Assembly: GCF_006345805.1 (NCBI RefSeq)
Contig: NC_043009.1
Location: 71,734,001-71,798,000, forward strand
DNA from: Octopus sinensis
Lineage: Eukaryota
DNA length: 64,000 bases
Reading direction: 5' to 3'
Part shown: positions 51,631-64,000 of the stretch, piece after piece
Position numbering within the stretch: the first letter of the stretch is position 1
Layout: the number at the start of each line of letters is the position of its first letter
Position numbers and translations under genes: made by a program
The notes under the pieces: generated by a model
The model's database searches: none
What the model was told of the DNA's origin: nothing
Seen by the model: the letters and a program-made list of their open reading frames with translations, nothing else

Positions 51631-52188
51631 CATCATCGTTTAACGTCCGACAGTTCAACTGGGGTCTGGGAAGCCAGGAGGCTGCACCGGCCCAGTTTGA
51701 TCTGGCTGTGTTTCTTCATCTGGATGCCCTTCCTAACGCCAACCACTCTGAGAGTGTAGTCAGTGCTTTTTACATGGCACCAGCACAGGCTAGAGGGGGC
51801 TGGCATCAACCACGATTGGATGGTGCTTTTTATATGCCACCAGCACAGAAGCCAGTCAAAGTGGCACTGGCATCGGTCATGTTCGGATGGTGCTTTTTAC
51901 GTGCTACTGGCATGGGAGTCACAACTACAATTTCTATTTGATTTGATATTAATGTTGATGTACTTGACTCCTCAAGCACAGCATGTCACCCTATGATCCA
52001 AGGTACTTTTGGAAGGGCTGGTTATGGTGACACTGGTGTCGGTTACAGCCGTGAACTCACTTTATTTGCTGGGTCTTCGCAGTCACAGCATATCTCCAGA
52101 AGTCTTGGTCTTTTATCATTGCCTCTGTGTGGCTCAACGTTCAAAGGTCATGCTTCACCCATGTCTTCCCGGGTCTCCCTCTACTCCA
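51631..52188 (-). mobile_element. 5'-truncated RTE copy (ORF2 end plus 3' UTR)
   Basis: Reverse complement of the RPRKTW...KHDL...LG region and the 3' tail. Confidence 0.85.
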
Positions 52189-52869
52189 TATTTCAATAAT
52201 TAGATATTATTAGGAATTGTATAAAAAAAAATTGTTATTGTTAAAGTAGAACCAATTTCTTGGGCATAAAATCTTCTATGGACCCCTAAGGGCCATTTGG
52301 ACCCTGGTTGTGAGCCACAGCTTTATGCACTTGATTACCTTACAAATAATAGCAGCCAATTCTCCTTCAAATCACTTTTAAAGATATTTCACTTATCAGA
52401 ACACTTGCCTAAGGTGCCATGCAGTGAGACTGAACCTGGAACCATGTGGTTGGTAAGCAAGCTACTTATCACACAGCCATTCCTGCACCTACATCATCAT
52501 CATTTAACGTCCGTTTTTTTAAGCTGGTATGGGTTGGATGATTTGACTAAAAACTGGTCGGCTGGGGAGCTGCACTGGGTTCCAATCAGATTTCTGGTTT
52601 GGCCTGGTTCCAATCAGCTGGATGTCCTTCCTAACGCCAACCTGGATGGGTTCCCTGCATATAGGAATGGAACAGGATGGTCACTGCTGGAATGCTTTTG
52701 ATCACAAGTCTGCTCAATCAGAGCTGACCTGGGGTTAAATAACAACAATTATCACAGTTGTGAGCCAACAAAGCAGCCTGTACAGAGTCACTTGACCTGC
52801 TAGAAATAGCAAGCAAATTTTCCTCAAATCCCATCTTACAGTGTCTTGAAAATAGAGTACACATTAAAG

Positions 52870-53144
52870 CAGTGATTTTCAACCAGGGTCCATATAAGAT
52901 TTTAAGGGCCCCTGAAAAAGATTTGCTTTAGATGTATGCATTGGTCTGTATTGCAAGAAACAGCTGGGTTTCTTTCTCTGACCTTTTACATGGTTCAACC
53001 TACACAAATTAATGTGAGAAAAACAAAGTACTTTGAAAGGAGTTTCTATAAAACCAGTTTTTAGACATGGAATGGCTTTGGGGATCAACCGGAATAAAAT
53101 AGTAGTCAAAGGGGTTCATGATGACAAATGGTTGAGAACCCCTG
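52870..53144. mobile_element. hAT-type MITE with 8-bp TSD
   Basis: Termini CAGTGATTTTCAACC and GGTTGAGAACCCCTG; TSD CATTAAAG / CATTAAAC (7 of 8). Confidence 0.82.
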
Positions 53145-53387
53145 CATTAAACAATGTAATTGTTTTATATATACCAAATGATGGGTTGGTCATGGATGGA
53201 ATGCTTTTGATCAGTGTTGCCTATCACAATTACCACCACTCCCACCTCAAGCACTAACTGCCATTAGGATCAGTAGCAGCAGCTTTGCCAACATTATTAT
53301 TATCATTATCCTAAGCAGCTGTTTAAGCCATCACTTGAAGCCAGCTGAGAGGAAAGAAGACACTGATGCTGCTGTCCATCCAAGGAG

Positions 53388-53518
<131 letters not shown>

Positions 53519-54379
53519 TCCACCACCTCCATTATCAATCCTTACAAGAGAAACAGAGACAGGCAGGCAGCACTGGAATGTTTGATCCCCTGCACAGATA
53601 GAAGGAGTGTCACCCAAAGGAGTGAGCCAGTCCCTTCTCTGTTATGCTTAGGGACCTGCTGTTTATCTTCTCAGCTTTCACTTCTAGTTTATCTCTACTT
53701 CCCTCCCTCACAACCCCAGCTCACTTCACTCACTCTCTCTCTCTCTCTCTCTCCTTCTCTCTTTCTCTGGCCTGCTGCCCTACCCACCACCACAGCCCTC
53801 TAAACACTTGTAGCAGAACCATCACCTAAAGCATCCCATGTCAGTGACCCCCTAATTACTTTAAGACACAACAACATTCTTCTCAAATTCCACATTCCCA
53901 AAATGCAGGAACCAAGAAAACCAGGGAATTGTCATAGACCAGGTTTATAGCCAAACACCAACATTATACACACACACGCATTCTTTTATTCATTAATTCT
54001 TTTGCTTGTTTCAGTATATATATATGGGTGTATATATTCTATTCACAAAGTGTTAGCTACAATAAAAGACATTTCTTCAAGGTGTTGCACAGCAGCATCA
54101 AACCTAGGATCACACGGTTGCAAAGGGAGCTGGGGTTTTTATTTTAGCTATACCACCAGTGAAGTGGTCAAGGCTGGAGAACATCTGATTAGAATTCATT
54201 CAATCAAACCTGACCTGGGGCTAAACAACAACAACAGTACTTGTTTAACCTTAAAAAAAAGCATAACAAGGAGAAGAAAGGGACAAAGAGAAGAACTCTT
54301 TGAGTTGCACAAAACTTGCAACAACAAAATTTGAGAACATTGAACATGGTCCGTATGGCTCTACTATCATCATCATCAT

Positions 54380-54450
54380 CACTATTATTATTATTAATTA
54401 TTATTATTAATTATTATCATTATTATTATCATTACTATTATTATTATTAC

Positions 54451-54501
<51 letters not shown>

Positions 54502-54502
54502 C
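54380..54502. repeat. (ATT)n microsatellite
   Basis: Direct inspection. Confidence 0.93.
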
Positions 54503-55352
54503 ATAAGGTACATGTTTATACTCTGTGTATGTATATATTATATGACAGAACTTGGGATATTCAATAGCAGTAAAAATTGTGTATATGTATGTATATATGT
54601 GTCCTTTACTTCTGTCATATATATATATACATATATTATATATGTGTGTGTGTATGTATGTATATTTACATATATATAGCACTCTCAGGCACACACACAC
54701 AGAGACACACACACACACACATATATATTAAAATATATTTGTGCATAGATATATGTTTACATATGAGAGAAAGAAAGAGAGTGTGAGGTAAACAGTGAGA
54801 TGAGAGGCTGAGAAAAGGATACACCTTTTAAAAAGTAAAAAAAGAAGAAGAAAAAAAACAGACAAGGAAATCACGAGAAACAACAATAAGCGATTCAGCT
54901 CAAATGAGAAGCTCTGCCCCACTCTGTCAGCTTTCTTAATGTTTATTTAACAAGAAACCATTATCAACAACATCATCATCATCATCATTGGTAGCAACAT
55001 AATAATAATAATAATAACAATAACAACAACATAAATAATAATAATAATAATAATAATAATAAAGAGAGTTCTAACTGTTGCAAACCATCCGCATCAACTA
55101 AGAAGAAAACTAGAAAGAAGAATTCTTGCACAGATGGCGTATTGGGTTGCATGAGTTGTGGCACTTGTTAAATCATCAATAGATACGCATACATACGTCT
55201 ACTTATACTCACACACACATGCACACATGCATACACATGCACAATATGCATCATGCATGTGGGTGTGTGCGTGTGCAGACACACACGTATACGCACGTTT
55301 CATTACCTATAAAAGCAGACACAGATGATGTCATACATATGCATGCAATGAG

Positions 55353-55384
<32 letters not shown>

Positions 55385-55803
55385 GTATGTGTGTGTGTGT
55401 GTTCAGTAAAGAATCTTCTCTGAGTTGTGGAGACCAAGAGAAGCCTAAAGTAATATGTGGTAGAGGTGGAGATGGTGGTAGTGGTGGTAGTACTTGTGGT
55501 TGTGGTGATGGTGGTAGTGGTAGAGTGTTGCCAGTAAACTGCAAAAGGGTATTGTGTACCCAGGGTTGTATTTCTGGATAAACAGATTTCACAGAATATA
55601 ATATAAACAATGGTAGAAATGAAGTGAAACCACAATGGAGATGGTGGCGGGGTGGGGGTGTTGATGCAGGAGGATTAACAAGGGGTTATAGGGGTGAGGG
55701 TGTTGTTGCTATCTGGGTAGGTAATGGGGGTATTGTTGTTATCTAGGTAGGTATATGTGAGGATCAAAGAGACACACAAGGAGAAGTATGCGAGAGGGCT
55801 TTG

Positions 55804-55840
<37 letters not shown>

Positions 55841-55935
55841 CGTGTAGCACTTATACAAAGTGCTGATGTATTTCATCTCCAAAGAAAACATTGATTCTAA
55901 ACACACACACACACGCACACACACGCGCACACACT

Positions 55936-55970
<35 letters not shown>

Positions 55971-55976
<6 letters not shown>

Positions 55977-56134
55977 GGCTTCTTTCGGTTTCCGTCTGCC
56001 AAATCCATTCACAAGGCTTTGGTCAGTCCGAGGCTATAGTAGAAGACACTTGCCCAAGGTGCCATGCAGTGGGTCTGATCTCAGAACCATGTGGTTGGTA
56101 AGCAAGCTACTTACCACACAGCCAATCCTTCGCC
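55971..56134 (-). mobile_element. SINE family A head
   Basis: Reverse complement of the family A head, next to (TA)n. Confidence 0.83.
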
Positions 56135-56579
56135 TATGTGAGTAAATTTCATTTGAAGCCTCTATGTAGTTGTTTGATCAGCCTGTAATAGCAGCCAAAT
56201 ATCCTTTAAATCCCACCATGCCATCTTAGAAAGGAAAGAACATGTTGAATGGTTTGGTCTGTTTAGGCAAAGCTGACCCTGGGTTAAACAACAACAGCAG
56301 CAACAGCATGAACATTGTAGTTGTGGCTAATTAGAAGAAGTATTGATACTGCTGATCCTGAGGGCATGAGTTCAAATGTGTGCCAGGTGTTCTATTGTGT
56401 TTCTGGGCAGAACATTTTATTCTACATGACCCTAGACCTTACCACTTGGTCACCTGATAGAATCTGATAATGCAGCCCAGAAAGGAGCTGATGACTTATC
56501 CAGGAAACTATCTCAAACGTTTGCTTAATGCCAAGAAATCTAATCTTAGAACTGCCCTTTAAAATCTTATTTAAAGCTT

Positions 56580-56617
<38 letters not shown>

Positions 56618-57145
56618 TGGGGGAGAAAAAGAACAGATAAAATCTTCCCCCAAGTGGACTTCCTCAAACACAAACCTTGATGTAAAAATTTTTTTTTTAA
56701 ATGTGGATGAGATTTCTTTGATTATATTTCTACTTAATGAAGGTTAATTTGTGTCTAAGCAACATCTACAACCACTCTGATACCCTCCCCCAAAACTTCA
56801 TCTTTCAGTCACCGAAACCTAATCTGTAGAAGATAAAAGAACTTTCTGATAAATGGTCAACCCCTCCAGAATCCTGTCCTTGTCCATATTTTTCTGGCAG
56901 TTATCATCCTGCAATTGTTCAAAAACAATGACCAATGCATCAACACCATCTGTCAGGAGGGGAGGGCCTGTGAGGGCCTGTGAGAGTCTGTGAGGCCCAT
57001 GGAAACATTGTTGTTGTTATTGTTAATACAACAATGGAATAACAAATATGTTAATACCTGATGAAGGGATTATGTTAGCTTTAAACTCTGAGATCAAGCT
57101 GTACCATAGATTAACTTCATCTTCCATATCCATGGAATTAGCAAT

Positions 57146-57205
<60 letters not shown>

Positions 57206-58025
57206 GGAGAGGGAGAAAATTGATCCCAGTATTTGACACTTTATCAATTCCAGAAAAGCAAAGGCAAATTAAAACTTGGTGTGACTTGAACTCAGAATGC
57301 AGAGACTTGGATCAAGTAAAAGCTCAACTTATAACACCCTCCACCCACCCCCACCGCCCCACTTTCTCTATCAGAATTAATCTTTAAGATAATGATTATT
57401 TCCCACAATACAAACGTAAGTGTCGTTAAATTAAAAATCATTTGGCTCGTTACATGAAGTCTGTTAGCACCGAATGAAGTAATGCCATTGATTCTCAATA
57501 CCTGTTTGATATCTTTGACACTGTCCCCAGACAGGAAGTGATCAATCAGAGAGACTTACTTCTGGTCTTAGACTCTCACAAGAAGGAAAAAATATATATA
57601 TATAAAATAGGAAACATAAAAGAATAAAATAAAAACAAGTCAGTGCAGCAACCAAAACATGTTGGTGGTCTCAGACAGGATCGCCCCCCCCCTCCCCCAC
57701 CGCCATCTCCGTCTGCTTGTTCTGGAAGAAAGAATTACATTAAAGGGGCAGAATATTCAAAAATACAAAGCCTAGGGAAGAAGAAGAACAACAACAACAA
57801 TGACAATAACATCACCATGGTGATGAGGATGGTGACTGGTGGGCATGAGAGAGATACAACAATAACAGCAACAACAACAACAAAGTGGCTGATGTCTTTT
57901 TCTTGGAGGTGGTGGGGCTGGTGGTGGGAAAGGGTCTTTTGACAGATTTTCTTCTGAACCAGATTTCAAAATAGAAAGAGAGGGGTGGGGGGAGAAGATG
58001 TAGCTTTCATCATCATCATCATCAA

Positions 58026-58215
58026 CTGGAAGAATGGTTAGGACGCTGGGCAAAATGCTTAGCAGTATTTCTGAGTTCAAATTCCGCTGAGATTGGCTTT
58101 ACCTTTCATCCTTTCGGGGTCGATTAAATAAGTACCAGTTATGCATTGGGGGCGATGTAATCGACTTAATCCTTTTGTCTGTCCTTGTTTAGTCCCCTGT
58201 GGGCAATAAAGAAAT
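58026..58215 (+). mobile_element. SINE family B
   Basis: Colinear with 8161-8375. Confidence 0.75.
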
Positions 58216-59138
58216 AAAAAAATCATAATTATTATTATTATTATAATTTTTCCCTCGCCTTCTTTTAACCATTCGTCTTCACTGCGTAACAGAGTGCAGC
58301 TCTGTGCACTTTGGTTACATAGAATTTTCCCCTATGGCTTTCTGTTTCCCAGAGTCCTTGTTTTTCTATAGTATTATGTAATAAAGTGTTGTGAGATTAA
58401 CGGTGCCATTTTCTGTATGTTCTAAGGATCCCTGTACACTTGACAACTACCTCATTAGGCCACAATGTTGAATTTATTTCTAGCCACAGGAAAAAGGGTC
58501 ATGTGCAATGCATAGCATTTAAAGGATGATGTAACTCACAGTTCGGGTTTAATACGTGCCATACGAGTTAATAGTATTCCATGGAGATAACATACAAAAC
58601 TGTACAGTTGTGTTTGAAGTGAAAGTGTTATTCAGTATCCTGCATGTTATGTAGGGATCAACGCAGGGTTCAGGTATACAATAAGAGCAGCACTGAGAGA
58701 TTGGTATTCTGTTGGTAGTTAAAATACCAAGATGAAGAATATTACTAGTTAAGACAGGTACAAGATGTTGTGTTAATTAGTAGTAAATTACAAATTAAAA
58801 GGTGATCCCCCCACCCGACCTTCAGACAGAATGTCGCTAATACAAATGCCATCAGTTCACTGTTAAGGCATACTGTGTTACAAAGCTTAACACTTGTAAA
58901 CTGTAATGCTAAATAAAAAAATAACGGGTCGTCCAGATATCCAGCAGACTATTATTAATAAAGTGTTATTCTAAATAAATGGGATAATTTCAATAAGAAG
59001 TCTGTAGACATGTTTCTGAGTGTGTGTCTAGATACACACACACACACATGTATATAGTAGATAGATAGATAGATAGATATACATATATATACACATATAT
59101 ATGCATATATATATATACATATATATGTACATATATCT

Positions 59139-59171
<33 letters not shown>

Positions 59172-59226
59172 TATATTATATTAAATTAGAGACAAAACCA
59201 CTATTAGGCAAATCCCTAATATTATA

Positions 59227-59455
59227 TCATCATCATCATCATCATCGTTTAATGTCCGTTTTCCGCGCTAGCACAGGTTGGACGGTTCGACCGGGGTCTG
59301 GGAAGCCAGGGGCCGCTCCAGGCTCCAGTCTGATCTGGCAGAGTTTCTACGACTGGATGCCCTTCCTAACGCCAACCACTCCGTGAGTGGAGTGGGTGCT
59401 TTTTACGTGCCACCTGCACAGGGGCCGGGGGGTCCGGAATCGGTCACGATCGGTT
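59227..59455 (-). mobile_element. RTE 3' tail copy
   Basis: (CAT)n plus the reverse complement of the RTE 3' end; closely similar to 44088-44340. Confidence 0.88.
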
Positions 59456-59462
59456 CATATAT

Positions 59463-59499
<37 letters not shown>

Positions 59500-59500
59500 G

Positions 59501-60026
59501 TATAATTATAATAATAAGGGTTTTTTGCAACAAGTTGCTTAAACCACATACCGACAATTTTAGAAATAGCAGCCAAAAGACTACTATTTCCTTTTACTAC
59601 AAAAATGAGTCTCCACAGACAACAATATTTGTAACTCACATAAGGCAAAAAATGATGAAATCACACAGTCTTCACTTGTCTATATAAATGTGGATATGCT
59701 GATTAGCTTTTATATTTTTCGATGTTGCTTGATCGAAAATATAGGAGATAAGTTTTCCTAGCATTTCTAGATTTATAGGAATATTATGTCGATAAAGGAA
59801 ACGAGTCTTATGATTCTAATCCAGAAACGTACGTCCATAATTAACTGAAGACTGTTTGATTTCATTATTTTTCTTCTTTTTTTGCCATATGTGAGTTACA
59901 AATATTGTTGTCTGTGGAGACTTTTTTTTGTAGAGAAAGGAAATAGTAGTCTTTTGGCTGCTATTTCTAAAATTGTCAGTATGGGGTTAAGCAACTTGTT
60001 GCTAAACCCTTATTGTTATAATTATA
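59501..60026. mobile_element. ~526-bp foldback MITE with ~150-bp TIRs
   Basis: 59501-59650 mirrors 59876-60026; the ORF track gives the same peptide start (MPYVSYKYCCLWRL) on both strands. Confidence 0.9.
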
Positions 60027-60127
60027 TAAATTTTTACCAAATATGGTCCTTTTCCATACCAAAATACTACTAGGTGAAATTTGTTGATTTTATTAAATTA
60101 ATTATATTTCACCCTATATCTGTAATG

Positions 60128-60158
<31 letters not shown>

Positions 60159-60497
60159 ATATATATATATTTGTAAAAAATGAAGTTCGAAAATGCTGCT
60201 ATATTATACAATTTTTAATTTTTATATATACATTATAACATGTTTCAGTTCCTGAAATGAACCTTATCAAAAAAAGTTATATATAAAAAAAGACAGCTCA
60301 TGCCGTCAAACACAAGAAATTCATTTATAATACACAACGGAGTCAGACATCTTAGAGTTCATGTATAGTTGATATATAGTTTGAAGTAAGTTCATTCATG
60401 CTATATGTTCAAAGTGTTTGATGCAGTGGCCCACGGTGGCGATACGTATTCAATACCAAAAACAGATCAAAGTGGTGGAAAGCAGTCAATACAGAAG

Positions 60498-60540
<43 letters not shown>

Positions 60541-60542
<2 letters not shown>

Positions 60543-60927
60543 TGGCACTTCGTTGGTTATGATGACGAGGATTCCAGTTGATCCAATCAATGGAGCAGCA
60601 GCTTGCTCATGAAATTAAAATGAAAGTGGCTGAGCACTCCACAGACACATGTGTACCCTTAACTTAGTTCTCCGGAAGATTCAGTGTGACACAGAGTGTG
60701 ACAAGGCTGGCCCCTTTGAAATACAGGTAAAACAGAAACAGGAAGAAAGAGTGAGAGAAAGATTTGGTGAAAGAGTCCAGCAGGGTTCCCCACCCCACCC
60801 CTGCTGGAGAATCATGGATCTTTAGGTGTTTTTGCTCAATAAACACTCACAACACTCAGTCTGGGAATCGAAACTGCGATCCTATGACCATGAGCCCACT
60901 GCCTAACTACTGGGCCATTGTGCCTCC
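60541..60927 (-). mobile_element. tRNA-headed SINE family D
   Basis: Minus strand GAGGCACAATGGCCCAGTAGTTAGG...GTTTCGATTCCCAG head; 5' part resembles family C, 3' part differs. Confidence 0.75.
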
Positions 60928-60938
60928 ACATATATATA

Positions 60939-61161
60939 TTAGGTTGGTGCATAATTATTGTGGCTTTTTTTTTCAATAAACTTTATTCAACAAAAACAAT
61001 AACAGCATTTAACAAAAACATTTTTAAATGATTATTCTGGAGCATATTCATCATCTACTTCAATTTCTGCTTGGTGTTTTGTTTAAATTGGTATTTTGGT
61101 TAAATTTTTTGTTGAATAAAATTTATCAAAAAAGACCCACAATAATTATGCACCAACCTAA
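60939..61161. mobile_element. Mariner-type MITE, 223 bp, TA TSD
   Basis: TIRs TTAGGTTGGTGCATAATTATTGTGG and its reverse complement, Hsmar1/MADE1-like; TA at 60937-60938 and 61162-61163. Confidence 0.92.
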
Positions 61162-61838
61162 TAGATATTTTATATATATATATATGATGATATATATAAA
61201 TGCATAAGCATATATATATGTATATATACATGCATATAGATGTATGTATGTGTGGCTGGATGTATATATATATATATATGCGATGCAGCCATGTCCTATT
61301 CCTGTATAAGCAGCAACAGATGCAGTACATACATCCGTATGTATTCATCGTGTTAATCTCAACATCATCTTTTTTAATTGGATTTACTCTTTTTTGTTAT
61401 TGTTATCATCATCATCATCACCATCATCATCACTACTGTTGCTGTGCTTATTTGACTTATGCTTTGCTCCACTTCCCCTACACCTCCTCCCCTCCTACAA
61501 ACTTCTTTTTTCCTCCTCCCTTCCTTTCTTACTTTCACTTTTCATCGTTCCCCCACCCCCCACCCCATCCCCACCCGTTATACCATTACCTCAACTCGTC
61601 TGGCAAATCTCCAAGAGATTCAATCATTGGTTACAAGTTGTTCTCTCTCCTCTAAACTTGTCCCAGAAAGCATCAACACTTCTCAAGACTTTCACACAAA
61701 ACACCCGACTCCTTCCTTCTCTTCCACAAAACAAACTAAAAAAAGCAGAAAAAAAGAGAACTTCGTCTGCTTCACTGTTTGATTTCTTTATTTTTTCAAT
61801 GTTTAATTGTTTTCTTATGTAGAGAGAAAGAGAGAGAG

Positions 61839-61869
<31 letters not shown>

Positions 61870-62056
61870 GTTTGATATTTCTTTCTAAGACAGAAGAGAA
61901 ATGAGATGCTGTGATATTCATGCCTGTCTCGGGAGCATCAATAACAAAGAGGAATAAACTTGTTGTTGTTGTTTAACACCAGGTCAGCCCTGATCCAACA
62001 GACTTGTCATCGAGAGAATTCCGATCGTGGCCATCTCATCGTTTCCATCTCTAGAA

Positions 62057-62317
62057 CAGTAATTCTTACCTGGGGGTCTACCTGACCCTTTCGGGGCCAA
62101 TGTAGGATTTTGGTGTTAAAAATTTATCAGCAATAAACTTCTTGTAGTTTTACAAAACACAAAATATTTTAATGACTTTTTAAATACAATTCCTTAAAAG
62201 ATTTAATTATAAAATAAAATTAAAATAATCTTTTAAACATGAAATGTCCAGGAGGGTCCAGTAGAGTAAAACATGAACCAAAGGGTCCACAGGTAGAAAA
62301 GGGGTTAACAACCACTG
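62057..62317. mobile_element. hAT (Charlie-like) MITE with NTCTAGAN TSD
   Basis: Termini CAGTAATTCTTACC and GGTTAACAACCACTG; TSD CTCTAGAA (62049-62056) and ATCTAGAA (62318-62325). Confidence 0.8.
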
Positions 62318-63285
62318 ATCTAGAACTACATTCTTCAATATGTCTTTCCTTTCTCATTGTTGATTCCCCCCACCCCCCAGTCAGATCTGATCTAACATAC
62401 CCCATGTACAAAAACATTCCAACTGTGACCTTCTCAACTTGTTTTTGCAGACATAACACATATAACATGTCATTCTCTTTATTGACCCTTGAGTTAGACA
62501 ATTTTAAAAGAGGAGCATAAAGCTGATTCAGTCAGCTCCCCAGTACATTACTGGTATTTATCAGCATAGAAGAGAGAGAAAGCAATATCAATCCCAGCTG
62601 GATTTCAAGTCAGAACTAAATACTTCCAAAACTGGATTATAATATCAATAATAAGATTAACACTTGTGCTTCAGAAGAGGGAGATTTCTCTCTGCATGAA
62701 ACCAATGGTAGCCTTGTTAATCTACAAATAAAGAATATTTATCTACCACTGATTGTTGAACACTCATTCTCACTGTTCAATACAAGCGTGTGTATATATA
62801 TGTGTGTGTGTAGATAGATACATACATACAGGGATGTCTGTGTAGCCAAGAAGTTCAATGAGCTTTTGAAGCTGATTTGACTACCATTTCTTGCAAGCTG
62901 AAATCCTCACATGGAAGCTACTTCATTGACTCATAGGAGTAAAGTGTGTATTATGTAGACAGGTGAAAGTGAAAAGAGGAATTGGTGAACATCTGGGTTT
63001 GTTTTAGAAACAAGGAAATCACTATCATTTGGGACTCCATCAACCTGGCTCTTGGCATCTCTCCAGACTCTCTCTCTCTCTCCATCCACACAAATGTGTA
63101 CAGGATGTTTGCTCTTTGCAAAGGGTTAAACAAATACAAAAGGATGGTGAGGTGGAGGAAAAATAATGAAAATGGAAAACAGTTTTTAAAAGAACAAATT
63201 CTAAACCCTTAGCATTATTAATCAGAATGGGATCTTCGCATCTTGTGATTATTGTATGCATCTTATGTAAACAGTACAACATACA

Positions 63286-63316
<31 letters not shown>

Positions 63317-63761
63317 ACCTGAGAGAAGGGCTGAAACCAAAACAATAAATCAATCAAATATAACAATGGAAGCACACACATGCATGCATGCACATGCGTG
63401 CGCACACACACACACACATGCATCTTTTATCTTTTCTCTAGCTCCAATCATTAGACTGTGGCCAAATGGGAGCAACCGTCTTAAAAAATCTTGGTCAAGC
63501 GAATTAATCCCAGTTCTTAATGTTTCTCTTTCTTATACCTTGTATTACTTATGCCACCCTGACTGTTCATTGTGGGTAAGCCCTCACTCTCTTGTTCCAA
63601 CTGTCTCTCTAACTCTCTCCCAGCTTCATCTTCTTCCTCTTCCTGTAGCACCCAAGTATCCCCTCGACAGTAAAAGGGCAACCTCTGTCCTTCTGTCAAA
63701 CTCTAACCTCTCAGTTCCACTCCTTTTCTCAGATGACGGGGTCCTTGTCTTGTGAGCCCAT

Positions 63762-63958
63762 GGGTGCTAGTGCCATGTAAAAAGCATCCACTACACTCTG
63801 TAAAGTGGTTGGCATATTAGGAAGGGCATCCAGCCATAGAGACTATGCCAAAACAGATAATTGAAGCCTGATGTAGCTCTCAGGCTTGTCAGCTCCTTTC
63901 AAATCTTCCAACCCATACCAGCATAGAAAACGGACATCAAATGATGATGATGATGATG
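63762..63958 (+). mobile_element. RTE 3' tail copy
   Basis: Matches 3100-3309 and ends in (GAT)n. Confidence 0.83.
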
Positions 63959-64000
63959 CATGTGCCTTAAACGTGTTTCCCAGGTAGAACCAACATGGCA

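Noticed and set aside
58286-58318. Short hairpin GTAACAGAGTGCA / TGCACTTTGGTTAC
   Set aside because: The stem is only ~13 bp, too short for a pre-miRNA.
58447-58454. let-7 8-mer target site (CTACCTCA); let-7-like seed on the minus strand
   Set aside because: A single 8-mer is expected by chance in 64 kb (another occurs near 12571), and no let-7 hairpin is present.

Overview
AT-rich, repeat-saturated animal genomic DNA, intronic or intergenic in character. The repeat families resemble those I recognise from octopus (coleoid cephalopod) genomes; this is an inference, not a database match. No prokaryotic features, no CRISPR array and no complete host protein-coding gene can be supported. Most short ORFs in the track are translations of microsatellites or SINEs. 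Retroelements: a decayed 5'-truncated RTE LINE with a PHD-like finger inside the RT region (474-3309) plus many short RTE 3' copies ending in (GAT)n; a nearly intact CR1-group ORF2 with only two in-frame stops (41031-43936); a heavily decayed Tx1/L1 LINE that the ORF track does not reveal (5390-6900); Penelope-like tails; and several tRNA-headed SINE families (labels A-E are mine). DNA transposons: a decayed Tigger/pogo transposase and at least seven MITEs, several with visible TIRs and TSDs. Tandem structure: many microsatellites, a 36-bp minisatellite with 29 units and three open frames, a 31-bp minisatellite, a CGTGACG-in-(TA)n array and microsatellite-bounded tandem duplications. The most notable observation is a full-length U6 snRNA copy fused at its oligo-U end to an RTE 3' tail (38185-38451), a U6-LINE chimeric retrocopy. 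Weaker hints of host genes are a CpG-retaining candidate first exon ending at a perfect + strand donor (13712) and two small minus-strand exon candidates that join in frame.
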